A DNA stretch of 64,000 nt from Lingula anatina (Eukaryota; Animalia; Brachiopoda): assembly GCA_051362555.1 (NCBI GenBank), contig CM120648.1:5266587-5330586 (forward strand), written 5' to 3'. The position numbers and the translations under genes were made by a program. A model generated the notes under the pieces. That model saw only the letters and a list, made by a program, of their open reading frames with translations, made no database searches and was not told the origin of the DNA. Below, piece by piece: positions 22,702 to 37,289 of this stretch. The first letter of the stretch is position 1. Each line of letters starts with the position of its first letter.

Positions 22702-25700
22702 CTACTTTCTCAGGATCATTTTCTCCAGGCCGAGTATCGGCGCTTCAAAGAGCAAAGACGCCACCAGGGCTGCTACGTACGACAGCGTGATGTAGGCCGT
22801 AAACAGGATAGCCTGAAATGAATTTAAAACAATTAAGTCAAACTAAAAAAAAACACAGACAATATATAACACCTTTTGAACATGTCCAGGTTATGATATC
22901 GCAGATTACAAAGCTCCTAGTTAGAAAGGGGCGGGTCTCAAGCTATCGATTCGATTTTACCAGTCTTGCTCCAATTTATAATTAAACACGTTCATGTCTG
23001 ACGTTTTAAAACATCTGTAGCAAATGCGTGAATCAAAGTTATTAAAACATATTGCTTGATGTACAATTGAAACACTAAGACCCCATTTCCAGAGATTAGA
23101 TCGATCTACTTTAGATCGACCTAACTCCCTGGGGGTTAACGCTAAATAGCTGTCAGCCGAGCGGACACGAAAGTTAATTACCCCCTTACAGCTTGTAGTA
23201 GGCGGGACGGACATTTAAGCTGGATTATCTGACAGTAATCTAGTGAGACTCCCCGCGGGGATAGATCGATCTAAAAGCTCTGGGAATACAGCCTAAGTTA
23301 TCTACAGGTACTGTGTAACAGCTGTAAGAGTCCAAGTCGTTCAAAACACATCAACTCTAGCTCACCACAATTGCCAAAGTCATAAATAAAATGTTTGTTT
23401 GGTGATTGTACGCGTTTAACTTACACCGGTAAAGTCAGTGACAGTGATTTCTCTAATATACTGGTGCCCTGTATTTCGTGATAATTGTAAATGTCCAACT
23501 TACCACTGTAAAGTCAGAGATGGTGATATCATTAATACGAGTACTCTGGTATATCGTGATAATGAAGACGTGTACAAAATACACAGCAAAGGTAAGCCGC
23601 CCCAGTGGAACCCAGGCCTGATAGGACAGGATAGTGTTGATAAATCCTGGAATTAAGGGAGTTTATATTTATACTTACAACTGTATATTCAAGAGAGTAG
23701 GGAGCAAATTGTAAGTGTGCATGGCAGCAAAAAATGTTTGCGTCCCCTTGCCCCCACGTGTTTACAGCCGTTTTGATTTAGAAAGTGGTATACATAGACC
23801 AAACAAATAAATACATCAGATAATAAATGGATAAATAGATAGAAGTGTGTGGCCCAATTCTGGCTCCCTCGCCTATACAGAGATATTAAGACTAAACCAA
23901 AAAAAATGAATAAATGACTGAATGAATGAATAAATAAAAATAAATAAATAGAGAAACGAACAAATGTATGGATGGGTGGATAAGTGAATGAACAAATAAA
24001 AGTAAATGAATATAGAAACGAATATATGAATGAGTGAATAAATGAATGAATATGGAAAGATAGGCGAATAAATAAATAAATAGATAAACAAAGAAACAAA
24101 CAAATAAACAAATGAACAAACAAGTAAATAAATTATAGAAAAAAACCTACCGCCATATCCAGTGGCGCAGGCTATGATGACCCAGCCCAAGGCAAGCGCC
24201 CAGAGCGGTCTGCTGATCACCTCGTAGGCGATGACGGCGTCTTTCTCCCAGGGGCCATTCTGAGTCTCGTCGTGTCTGACGTAAACCACCATGAAGATGA
24301 CCCCTAGCGACACCAGCCAACACAGGGCAGCCAGGAACTATACAAGTGATAATAAAGGGGAACATTGTAATCTTAAACCTTGTTATCATGAAAATGAAAC
24401 GGGATTTCAAAAGGTGACAAAAAGATACAAGCCACTGACTAAATCAACTAGTATTAATGGTTACATAAATTGGCTTGGTAAACAGGCGGATTTGGGTAAG
24501 GAGAAGGGCGGGGGGAACTATTCAGCCACACCCCTTCCTATCTTTAACTGCAAGCAAATTAAGAGAAACGTGTTGTGTTGTCCTCGTTTAAAAAGTCGGA
24601 TTGAAGTCGGAATAAAGAGTATACAGGTGACTTTTGCTGGTCCAATAACGTAATCTCTTATTAAAGTAAAAAAAAAAAAGACTAGATGACCTATGTACAT
24701 ATGGTATCATAGAGACTTAAACTCGATCCAACTATTAGTATGTGGAGACTCTCGCTATCTTACCTTATTGAATTTAATCTTAAGATCTGTCTTGTACAGT
24801 ATAAATCCAACCATGAGGCCGACCAAGTATGGGCCAATACGGCACCATGGAATGATGTAATAGTCGGCGAAGAAATTTGGACTGAAATAAAATGAAGTCA
24901 ACTGACACTAGATAGGGAACATACAGGTACATTTACGAGGAAATTATATGTATATATATGCTAACACGATCCTTTGAAACCATACATTGTGTCAGCATAT
25001 GACTGAATTCCCCGGCCGTGACTCGTGCTACATGTACATGTTCCGAGTAATATGCACCCCAATAACGGGACGGTGATTTACAAGTGATGGTTGCAGGTCT
25101 TACTTGCCAAACAGGTGCACGCCTCCTTCCATTCCGGCCAATGTGAATGCCGCCGCCAGGCCATACCCCACAAAACCCAACAGCAGGAGCAGGACTCCGA
25201 TCAAGGGCTTCCTGAAAGTGCACACAGTTCATCAGTAGAAGAGAGCGTCATTGATGAAACCCATTGCACATAATTTGCAAATATATAAATATATAAATAA
25301 TTAAACAAATAAACAAATAAAAGGAATATACATGCATACAATATACGATATATAATGCACTTTCTTTGACGTTGATGAGACCCACATTGTGTTTGTTAGT
25401 CGTCACGTGACCAGACAAGTCGTCCCACGGGCAAGTCGTTCACAAGGCATGAACTTCATTACTTCTCTCTATTCACTTAGTTCTACTAGTGCTTCGATCA
25501 CACATATAATGCATTAACATACGAAACTACAGAACTGAATTGAAACAAAGTGCATCCACGTTGTATGGATTTGCGCGTTTGCACTGTACCAAGTATGCTT
25601 ATTGCGCGTTTGTACACTACTGTAGAATATGACCTATGACCTATAATTTAAATAAAGTAAAATGCTTCACTTACAAATACAGTGGGATCAGGAATAATGG

Positions 25701-28700
25701 AGCAACCACGTAAAACTGGAAATCATTTGCAATGTACCAACTTAGGGCGAAACACTGGAAGTGAAAATCAGGAGAAATATTCAAAAAGTGGGTCCTTCAA
25801 TTAGTACAATATAGGCAATAATAAATATAGTAAATAAAAATGGATACTGGGTAGTTAGAAGTATGTTGCTTGTACATCACTGCAAAATACACTACCAGTA
25901 TTTACTGGTATTTATAACTGTACCCCCCGTAAATCTTTTGTACATTTCAATCTACCCATGTGGGTGTATACTGGTGCTAACATGATACTATGAATGAACT
26001 ATTTATTATCCTTACCATCTGATCTCGTTTCTAACTTTTGACATTTACTGCGCATGCGCCATTCACGTGACTTACGCCGAAAAAGTTCTGCTCTCACACA
26101 TCAATTATTAAATAAAATGTGTCATTAAGAATAGTCACGCACTAAATCGCAAGTACTGCACAAATTCAAAGGTGCACTATATGACCACATACCTGTTCTC
26201 TATTATTGATAACATTGTTCAAATACAGGAGGTTAGTCCACCAGTTGTTGGCACAGAATTCACCATCGGGGAGTTTACCGTTCCACATCGGCCCACTTCC
26301 CATGTATATGGTCAGCGTGGCATAGATAAACGTCAGCATATAATACAGAGGTGACAGCCTGGAAAAGACGCAGACAGCAGTGACAGGGAGATCAGAACAA
26401 TACCAGGAGCGGACGGTGGGCGCCTTCTGGGTCTTCCGGAAGACGGTCAGAATTTTGCAAGCTTACATTGACGGGCATCTTATTTTTTGTCGGAAGACAG
26501 CCAAAAATGGGGATGGATCAAGGGTGTAGAGACGAAACATTGTATAAGTAGGTACCAGTAAACGTTCTCACCGGATAATTCTGTGTACGTAATACATGAT
26601 CATGGTCTTCGGTCTGATGCCGTTTTCTCTGCGAAGTTGTCTCAGGAACAAATATGCCGCAAGGACACCACTGCAATGTGAAGAATAAGAAGTGAAGGTT
26701 AAGTGAAATAAAAAACTACTTCAAATGTACACAGCGCTGACACAGCACAAAGCAATACTAGCATACTTAAAGCAATGCAGTGCAGTATAGAGTATCTGAA
26801 TACAACTACATGTAAATACACGTACCATAAATGAAATCACAAGTGTTAATTTGAGACGGAATTTTAATGAAAATAAATGAAATAAAGTGAATTGGCAACT
26901 TCTTAGCGGTTGTTTGGTGTTAAGTTTCTGGCAATATTTTACAGGGTGTTCACTATGGTGAGAACATGCGCTGATTAGACGACTGGCCTCACTCAGCTTA
27001 CGTACCTCAATAAGAAGAACGAATCAACAGAAAAGAAGGCATTGCCTACTGCGGTGAATGAAAACCTCTTCGTTTCCTCAAAGGCAAAGACAATGTTATC
27101 TGAAATAAGCCATTTGATGTCTTTAATTTCTTTCTTCTGTTATGGTTTAATAAATGCAATGTCTGAGGAGAAAAAAAAACAGTATTATGCATTTGCATCA
27201 ATTACGGCGCAAATTTCCTTTCGTCCCCTCAAAATCCTCGATCACGCGATCTATCCGCCTATCGTCCCACATCTTGATACCAGATACATATAACATCCTT
27301 GCAGAGTTATTTCTATCTTACTAATTTGTCGATTCCTTAATGGTCTCCACGATATCATTTCTTTCTTTTTACATTTATACTTTAATTTTACAACAAACAG
27401 TAAATGTACGTGTGTGTCATACAAGAACAATCAAAGAAAATATAACAAAACAAGATGTATCACCATTAGAGCAATTAAACAGTAAATTATGAAGAACGTA
27501 AGCGACCTTTCTCACGAATACTATATCCGCCAAAATGGATTTTCCTGTGTGTATGTGAGGTTTTATAAGAAGCTGTAGAAGGCAAAAATAAGCATTTTCG
27601 GGATTTTCCAACACACGGAGTCTACCTTTAAGCATACCTGTACATAGCTTACTTAAAGTCCATCTGGCGTTAAAATTCAAATACTCACCGACATTGCCCA
27701 GTCCAAAAGAATACGTGTGCCCCAGCACAACCCATCCGATACTCATAACTCGGATGCCATTGAGGCAGGTAATGGCGGCACTTCCTTGGTGAGTGCTCAG
27801 TAGTCTGGGGAGAGTGGTGTACAGAGAGAAGGCCGTGAACAGGCGGACGAGAGCGGGAGCTGATAAAAAGAAGAGAAAATTGGTAGTGTTAGGAATTCCG
27901 AATGACCAGTATTAAGTACTAAAAATCACCACTGTTCACACTGAAAGCACTATTAGGCGTATGCATGTCACAACACATTCCAGGGTTACTCATGATCCAA
28001 ACGTTTAAAGCATCTTGTGGTGCAATAATTCGTATACGATAAATGTGCTGGCCGGGTATATTGCATCCTTGTTTAAATTGACTACGTAATTCACGGCCCA
28101 AGGAGTCGGGGACAATTAGATACACACATACTAGTAGGAGCGGGGTACGTGGGTGACAGAAAAAATGTCAAATGTGTTAAGGCCCAGAACATAATCTTAT
28201 TTATAAACCCATACCAAAATGTCACCCTTTATTATGCAATTTTTTTTTAAATTTCTTCTTTACCTTGTGGTTCTTCAACTTTCGTCTTTTCAGAGACCAC
28301 CACGTCGTTCACACTCACGCCGTTCCCAACCGCTTCACCATTGCCTACAAATACACGTGTTAAATATGTGAAAATTATGAACTTGCACTTTTTAGAACGC
28401 AGATGAGAATTCGACTTTTACATGCACATGCATATTAAGGCACTATACAGATGTTAAACTCCAGTATTGAAACAGTTGAACTTTCATATACATGATTCAG
28501 AAAAGAATATTTTATATAACTTCACAGTTTTTAACCTATGCTTTGCCAAAATATTAAAACTATACATAGACATATATGTGTTTCTACTGTTATAGATCAA
28601 GGTTGACCTACTTTTAGTGTCGACATCTTGCACGTGACTGTCGTTTCCGTTTGGTATGTGCCCATTCTTTTCTTTCAGTGGTACCACCGTATCCATGACG

Positions 28701-31700
28701 AACCCACCATTACTGAAGCCGTTCACGTAGTTTTCAATCTGATGTGAGCGTTTTGCTGGGGTCAATATTTTGTCTATTCCGAAACCCTCTATCAAAGTAC
28801 CAACCACGAGAAAGAACGCGAAAACGGAGACGACAGCTCTGGGAAAAGAACATGAAGGTACATGACTGCAAGTTGTAGTAGGGGACTATTTAAGAAAATT
28901 TTGACCTTATTCAAAATTATTCTTACTAACATGTTTACTACAGTATACCTGTACGGTATCAGTATGGCGCTTTTGCAGGCTAATTCGATGAGTTTTAAAT
29001 AAGAAAACAGCTACTAAAGACAATTTGTAATATACTAGTATTCTTCGAAACATTCAAAGGTATTACAAACATCCCATTCAAATAATTTGTTGTATAAAAT
29101 AAATATAAAAGACATAACAATGTGATAAAAGGCATTTTTTCCCGTAAAAATTAGAACTCACATGCATGCTATTGCCTTTGGATCTTCGCTTAGTTTGGGA
29201 ACTTTGGACTTTTCACATTGGGCGCCTGGGAAAGTAGTATTTCCCATTAAAGCTGGAATAAAAGATAATTGATTTATTGTAAAAAAAAAAAAAAAAAATC
29301 GTACATGAGTTTGATATTTACCTGCAGATAGGCCCGAGGCGAAGGGAAAGTCACAGGGTACTGAGTTAATATTCATATTTGTGAGGCGCGTTTATAAACT
29401 GATAGTCTATTTCTATACATGTACATGACAGATGAAATTGCATAAGATTGAACAATCACAATGATAAATAAATAAATAAATACAACATATTATAATCTCA
29501 AATATGTATGCAACATGCGCATGGATTGAACTACATGTAAACTTCCATTCCGCCGAGTTACATGTACTAGTATGCTTCTTGCCAAAACTGGCGAATACAA
29601 TGAAAAAAATGTTGTGATGTTGGTGTAGAGTAAAATGTAAAATTAAGAAAAACTAAAATAAAACAGCTTAGTATGTGATTACTGGTACCTTGACCGAACA
29701 TCGTGATATCAGCTGATGTGCAAGAGTCTGGAAAACACGTCCCTAGTTGAATAAATTGATCGCCTCCCATCAACAATGCGGCATTCTGTAAAACATATTA
29801 CATAGATTGATGAATGGGTACAATTCGCCACTCCCTTTCTACATATGTTGAAATTTCACGTGCTAGAGAGGCTTAATGTATTTAAATACTGCTAGGTTAA
29901 TTGTTAAGGTAAGACAAGGTGAGACAGTATACTTTAAAGCTCTTACCCCTCCAGCTCCTGCAGCCACTCCGCTTGGAAATTTGATATAAGCTTTGCAATA
30001 CTCCCCCTTGAAGTGCTGGTCGATTTTCTGCAAGCCAACCTTTCTGGATAATTCAAAACACTTATATAGTAAATCGTAACAGGTGAGTGTGTACATGTTT
30101 GTACGCGTGTGTGTGTGTGTGTTTGAGAAACCTAGAGATAGGTCGAGAGAGAGTAGTATTATTAACTACAAAAAGATACCTACCAGTAAGTGAAAGTGGT
30201 CGATTCATCGCCATAAACCAATATCGGTAATTTTAATGTAGTTATATTCAAAAAGAGCACACATACAACCCAAGTTTAACTATTTCTATATTTATACATA
30301 CGGAATGGTGGCCTCCACTCGCATACATTCATCGTACTGTCCAAGCCACTTGAGGTTTCCGTACAATATCCCAGCAGGTGGCTTACCATACGAGTCAAAC
30401 ACTGAAAAAATAATGAACACTTGTACTGAAGGTTGACAAACCTGACCTTCAAAGTCGGCGGGGGACAGGAACTTCATTTTTAAATTTTTGTTTGTAGATT
30501 CTAAACTTCAGTTGCATTTGATAAAGAGGCTACTTATGTCTCCTCTTTCCCAGTGTACCACAAACTTCAACAAGAAACAAGTGTAAAACAATTTCGCCCA
30601 AACAAGGTTCCTTTAATTATATAACTCCACTAACTTTATCATTTTAACAATTTTAACAATATAACAAATTTTTGCCTGTATTAAATGTCATGACCTTGAG
30701 TATAAAAGAATATATCAAATATTCAATAACACTCATCATCCTAGAAATTATGATGTAACGAGTCAGCAAAAATTATCATTTACAAACAAATTTGCACGAA
30801 TTTCATTTGTAGGGTTGCAAAGAGGCCTTCACTATATCGAATATTCAAAAGCTTGAGATTATAATTAATATACAAATTAGTGCCATTAAATTTTGAAAAT
30901 TATACACAAGAAAAAAATAAACACAGGCCTCTTAAAACTAAGTTGAGTTTTATGACACCACACTGGAAATACGTCAATATGACAAAACATAAATAACTTA
31001 ACTGTCATTAATTAACCCCTGGGTTATAACACAGTCTAAAAATAATTTGAAGATAAAATTCTCCCAGTCCTAGATAACACCATATGAAATTAGCCAAATT
31101 ATAGTTGTTCAAGTCATTTGTTTCATTAATTTTATCCTTTCAACCATTTCATGATCCATTCTCATAATATTTATCACTTCAAGTACTTTAAAGATATCAC
31201 AAAGTTACGGCCTTATCAAAATTCATATAATACAAGTGTAATCATCTTGACATTTTTGTAATGGGTATGTATATCGTCAACGGCTGACATTGCGATATTT
31301 GTAACAAAAGAGGGCACCAGACAAAATTAGGATCCAACGCGGTGACCGAAGTTTGTGCAGACTCACCAAAAATTCCTTCACCTCTGGCCCTTTTCATAAC
31401 GACGGAAAAAGTTACACAATGACATGACATATTTGGGTCAGTCTTTGATTAGGATGTATATAAGAAATGAATAGATAGAGCACCTAATCCTATCTGTACA
31501 TACACTAGTACCCCGGCAACTAGGGCGCGGCCGTCCTTATCTCAAGGCGCATTTCTACACAGAAACAGACCCCGAGTCGATCGCGAGTAGTGCCCAAACC
31601 AGATAATCGTGTTTTTATTTAAAAATCTATGCAATCCTGTAATATTGTTACGTTTGATTATATGCCCCTTTTGTCATTGTACGGTGCTATTTCTTGTCGG

Positions 31701-33522
31701 GCATCAGCAACCTTTTTCACTGGTTCTAACGTGTGATTACGTTATTTTCGCAAATTTTTGGACCAATCAAAATTGATCCTGTAAACTGGCAGTGACGAGC
31801 ACGTGGGCTATGTTTAAAATGTTCAATTTACACCCAAAATATAGTCAATATCTCAGAATGGTGCGAAAAAAAAAGGTGCCGCAAGATGTGAAAATGGATT
31901 GAGAATTTTTCATCCCATGGACATGTTGGCCCACGGTCCTCATGCAAGTACCAGAGTCCAAATGCAACTCTAGCATTCAGTGCGCATGTCCCAGAAAACG
32001 TCTTGACATACATGTATGATTTGTAATAGCTGTGTAATCAACGAAATTGTTTCTGCGATGACTCAAATTGCATTTATTTTTGTGATTAGATGCAGAGTTC
32101 GTATCAGTCATGATCTCATGGAACATCTATTTTGTTACAAAAGGACTGAAATCAGATCTTATGTCAGTGTCTAATAAAACATGCGAGTTGCGCAATAACA
32201 CGGCTCTGTAAAGGGGCTAGGTAAAATAAAGTGAAGATAAATTCAAAAAGTGTAAGACGTTGTGTAACTTCATCAGCACTATGAAATTATAAATATGCAC
32301 ATTTTTCTTATGCATTGATTAAATTCTGACTACATGCACTCTCTCTCTCTCTCTCTCTCATATCAACTTTTGACAGAACTGTTACTGTTGCTTTTTTCTA
32401 TTTGGTCTTTTAGATGTACACACCATGATGAATAAAGAAATACATGGACAGATAAATGAAATGACAAATTGATGAATTAATTTATTTACAAAGCATACTC
32501 ACTGTTCATAGCCCACGCCTGTCCAGTAAGCAGACCCTCAAGTAACAAGCCAATGTCTTTCTTGCACTGACCCTGGACCAACTGCATGCCGGGAACCTGA
32601 TCCAAAAGCAAAGGCAGCGCTTCCTGCATCAGAGGTCTGTAAGTGTCGATGTTTGGCGCTGTGAGTTGAAAAATAAAAATGGTTTATTGAGGTTTAATAA
32701 ATGATGACGCAAAGAGGAATGCTACTTAAAACAACGAATCGCTGACGTTGGAATAAGATTTTTTTTCAAATTATGATACATTGTCACAATGAAATCACTC
32801 TTAGGCGAGCAATGCACAGGTATTCAGTAGCGGGGAAAATTGCAAAATGTGTAAGGACTTTGGTCTTTCTCTAAACGTTAATTTCATATTTTTCTTAGAT
32901 GATTCACAATAAACTGAAAGATTGATCTTAAAAAAGAGGAATATGCTAAATGAATGATATTCATTCCAGTATTTCTGAATGATGTTTCGAGACATCCCGA
33001 ATGGCATTTTGACGAAAAGAGTACAAACATGTAGATTCGACCGCGAATTTTTAATTATCTTTTTTAGCTTAGGTTGGCTTAATTCTACGCATGTTAAATT
33101 CCATATGACATTAGATCATAATTACCTTGTGCCCCCAATATGTTCTGTAGAAAGTTCTGGACGCTCGCGTTCTGGGCAGCGTTGCCATTGTTTCCAGCGG
33201 GAGCGAAGATTTGACCAAGGGCCGCGGGTAAGTCAGCCAGGTTGGACAGAGTGAAATTACTGCGGTCCAGCTCCGCAAAAATCCTATCCGTTTGGTTGAG
33301 CAACTGTGTGGCAATGGCATCTGTGTCTATTTGCTGGAAAATTGCTTTCAGTTGGGGCGACAGATCTCCTTGGATACTATTCAGGACTCCAACGATATTT
33401 TCCCGGTTTACGAACGACCTCAGAAAACTCCCGATGCCAGTTGTGTTTTGCGCACCGAGCGGGGTGAAACAAGTGGCTGAGACGGCCAAAATACCTAAGA
33501 CGGCGACCCAGCCTTTCATCAT
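22702..33522 (-). CDS. nrf-6: NRF-6 / O-acyltransferase-like protein, paralog C (18 exons, about 840 aa, intact)
   Basis: Exons 33126-33522, 32503-32658, 30302-30401, 29947-30043, 29689-29785, 29162-29252, 28612-28838, 28264-28344, 27689-27859, 27006-27099, 26572-26670, 26193-26358, 25675-25754, 25104-25211, 24764-24881, 24151-24337, 23504-23646, 22702-22812. All are GT-AG and total 2523 nt. Exon sizes equal those of B except exon 7 (+30 nt). Confidence 0.92.
23079..23293. mobile_element. PIF/Harbinger-like MITE (last intron of C)
   Basis: TAA TSD and imperfect TIR. Absent from B. Near-identical copy at 51164-51377 and a terminal remnant at about 59540-59572. Confidence 0.8.
23900..24135. 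repeat. Degenerate (AAAT/AATG/AAAC)n tract (homolog at about 7230-7385)
   Basis: Low-complexity tract in intron 16 of both B and C; source of the F/I/Y/L-rich spurious ORFs. Confidence 0.85.
26404..26520. mobile_element. Truncated copy of the 54645-54811 MITE (intron 11 of C)
   Basis: Shares cttctgggtctt..ggaagacggtcaga...gtcggaagac..caaaaatgg. Not present in B. Confidence 0.65.
30700..32477. mobile_element. Unclassified ~1.8-kb sequence specific to intron 2 of paralog C (probable TE-derived)
   Basis: B has only about 60 bp between the aligned flanks. No TIR/TSD resolved, so a deletion in B is also possible. Confidence 0.4.
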
Positions 33523-35810
33523 GGGTTGGATATAAAATTGGATAGAAAAACAACCAGGTGTGTTAATTTGGATGGAGTAATCACAAGTGAACGGATAGCG
33601 ACGTCTGGAGTCCTGTCTTCCTCTGATCGATCTGATCGATGTTTGTCCTCGTCAGGATTTCAAAACACCACAAGCAACTAATGGAGCCCGTTGAGACAGA
33701 GGTGCAATATGTCAATCTGAAAGGGTTTGGAACATTACGTCGGATTTAAACTTAGCAACATACGCAGTGCTTAAAAAGAAATTGGTCTTTGCGTCATACA
33801 TACATGGGACACGGGCAAACTCAACCCGTATATGACACATTGTTAGCAAACGTGCAAACCATTTTGGATCACTCTGTATCTTATCTAAAAACCCTGTGTA
33901 CATTTCACAATGGTCTATAGTTCACCATAGAAGGAAAAGTAAACATTGAGAAGAATTCGATGATAATTTTGTCCAATTGACGTAACAACTTTTTTTCGCA
34001 ATTGTGACCTGAAATTGGTAATTGGATAATGGTTTTCACATCTATCCGTATCCGACACGACATTTCTTCTTTGTATGTACGTAAACTTTAGCGATTTTTA
34101 TATTCTAGTATTTCGCAATGATCTATAGTTTATCTAAGAATACGAGGTAAACACTTTAGCGGCTAATGATTAACTACCTTCTGTTTGTGGGAGGTTATCG
34201 CGACATTGAATAGGTACATGTATAAACAGGTCAAAGACAAGCGTACGCACACACACACACACACACTCATGCACGCACGCACAAACACACATACTGAATT
34301 TTAAAACACACGGCTTCATTACCCATCAAACAGTCACAGTGGAGAAATGTGCCATGAATAAGTCAGGAACAAATCAGTGAATATCTAGTGAAAAATCAAT
34401 CTGTGGCCCTGGTAGAGGGGAGGACTGCGACATATATTTATATCTTTAGATATGGATCATCACAGCTGTATACTCTTTAGATCACAGCTGTAATCTTTAG
34501 ATAAGAAAAAACAAATAATGTTCAACTTATTCTGAAGCAAATCATCCTTTTCTCGTGTATGACCACCTCTTCAGATAGAGTGTGTCTGTTCCGAGTATTA
34601 CCCTACATAAACATAGACCCAGGACCCAGTAAACGTGTACAGGGTATGCTGTGTCTTAACTCAGACTCCGTAAATCAAATAAACAAAATTGGATATTTGA
34701 TAAAGTGAAATGTAATGAGTAAGATAAATGACCAAAATGGCTTTTGTATCTTAAACGTATGTTGACAGTCCTACCCCTTCAAGTCAACTACACCTCAACA
34801 TTAACGTGTTTACCTGGCATCTTGAGGTACGGTGATAACTCACAGAGTTCAAACAAAACTGTAGATGCACAATTCTCGAAATGGGGGTTGGGGTGTTAGT
34901 ATCTGTCAGTAAATGTTTTTAACGGTTTATTAGAAATATCTCAAACGAAAGCATGATCACGTAAAAAAAGGTCCGTACATTTCAGTCCCCCCCCCCCCCC
35001 CGAAAAATAATGAAAATTGAAATATTTGAGGTGTTTGACATTTGTGAGTAGTTACCGTATTGCAAGACAAACGAAATCAACACTTGAGTCTGATAAGAAA
35101 TAATATGTAAACATAGTGAGATGAATGATGACAGCGTGTTTATTGGGTGTCGCAGGCGTGGACAGGGCGTTCAACCAATGGCGTATCTAGGGGAATGACT
35201 GGCAGGTCATCGTGACCTTAGTGCCACTGAAAGAGGGCGCCACTGACTGGTCTTATTTAAAACCTAAGTACACCTGACTATACATTGAAGCAATTGAAAT
35301 TGTACTTTTGTGTTGATACTACGGTGAGGTTAACAAGAGAAAAATTTGATGTCAGATGTTTAATTCCAGTGTTTGCCACATGAGAGATTTTCCGTTGTGC
35401 ATTATGTGTACTTTTGTTCAAGGCATTTATCTTGGTCACTGGTCGTTGAGGAGAAACAAACCAAAGTGAGTTGAGAGTCAAATATAAACTCGTTCAGGTT
35501 TAGAAAACCAAAACAGATAATATTTGAAAAAATTAAAAAAAAAAAACGAGAAGAAAAAAGGCATAATGCCATTGTCAAATGCGGTAGATATTAAAGCTGT
35601 GTTCCCAACCAGATGTGACGCCAGCCACAATGCGGTAGCTGTGACTGCACTTCCAGCATGTAATGAAGTCTTTTATAGAGTGGGGCGATTTAATTATCTG
35701 CACAATGTTGTTATCATTATTTTTTATTTTTGATATTTTTTTTAAAGTTGAATTGCTTTTTAATGTGTGTTTCACGGAATAAGTTTTATGTGAAAAAGAA
35801 ATGACAAAAA

Positions 35811-35849
<39 letters not shown>

Positions 35850-37289
35850 ATGAGATGCTTTCCGCGAAATTTTTATAAAACAATTGGACTATTATTACCG
35901 AGCCACCCCAACCCCGACTGGCATCCGCTTGTGAAGAAAAAAAAAAATACAGACAAGTCAGCGGTTTCCAACCTTTATTGTGAAGTACTAAAACATTTTT
36001 TTAATATCGATCTGTGTTCAGTCCAACGCAATTAACACCGAGAAGTGAAAAGTGAAATTTGAACGCATTAAACGGACATGGTATGGCAAGAAGAAATTAA
36101 AACATATCACCTATTGTGTGGGCAGGAATCGAGGCAGAATATCACTACATGTGTGGGGGAACTGTCCGTGTTTACGTACAGCTTCATTATCACCTCCACC
36201 AAGGAGGTTGTTTTTACCTTCACTGGTGTGTTAGTTAACAGCCCAACTCAAAAGGTGAGGGTTTTGATATATCTCGGGATAGAGTGGAAATGGGCAAACT
36301 TAGAATCGATTAAATGTCGCTTCTTGGCGGAGGTCCTCGCTCTCTGGGTGTTTTTCCTATATTTCCTTTGCTAAGAAGGAGAGGGACGGCCAAAAATTCC
36401 AAATGTCATACAGTGCATGTCATGTACAGTAAAGCCGAAAACTGTACCATGCTATCTTCTACAACAACCCCGGCAATTCTCCTTTTCTACACTGTATTCT
36501 AATATGCAGGTTACTGTAAGAGCTAGATATTTAGGATGTTTTTGCAAACAACATTCTGTACAGTTTCTTGCCGCATATTATAAAAACAACGACCAACAAC
36601 AGAATACAAAAAAAATTACTTCTAAGTCAGAAATGACAAAACCGCTAGCAATCCCCGTGAGTTTAAGATATTTTTCTTTTTTTCTTAATTTCGCTTTAGG
36701 CTAAATAACGCTTACCTATATGTATATTACTTGTATTAATTTCTTTTAAATCATCCTTAAATTTAACTAAGATCTGTGCTAGTAATTTTACCACTTGAGA
36801 GGAATAACTATTGCTTTTGACACGTTCGTTCAAAACAAAAAGAATAGTAAGTTCAAAGAGTGTATATACCATGGACAGTTCTTAACAATGTATACATTCT
36901 AGCATGTATGGTGTAATTCACCTATCATTTTTGTTACGATGTGTTATCTCAATCATAAAAATAAAAGGGCATTTATAATCATCTTTCACTGTCACTAAGT
37001 TTGTGCTGTCGAACCATATAAAAACATATCACAGTGCAACTCTTACATAATACGCCCATTGAGCTGTGCTCACGTTTCTGACGTTACAACACAACCACTT
37101 TGAGGTAAAGCCGCTTAATTGTTTGACAACGAACGCTGAACACATGTACAGGTCGACAAAAGTATTACATCGTCTGTCTGAATTGTGCGCTACAGCGTAT
37201 GCGCCATGGGGGATCCGTTCGTAAATACACTAAAAAAGTGACTCGCGTTTCATTCCTCGCGTAACCAGTGATGACTCCTCATCTGTGTG

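Larger units (their letters stand above)
6160..34850. repeat. Tandem segmental duplication (about 6160-21150 vs about 22590-34850) carrying paralogs B and C
   Basis: Exons, introns, 3' flank and about 1.1-1.3 kb of 5' flank align directly. The size difference is due to copy-specific insertions. Boundaries are approximate. Confidence 0.9.

Noticed and set aside
23689-24150. Hydrophobic F/I/Y/L-rich ORFs (also 7137-7400 and 21222-21599)
   Set aside because: These are translations of tetranucleotide microsatellites.
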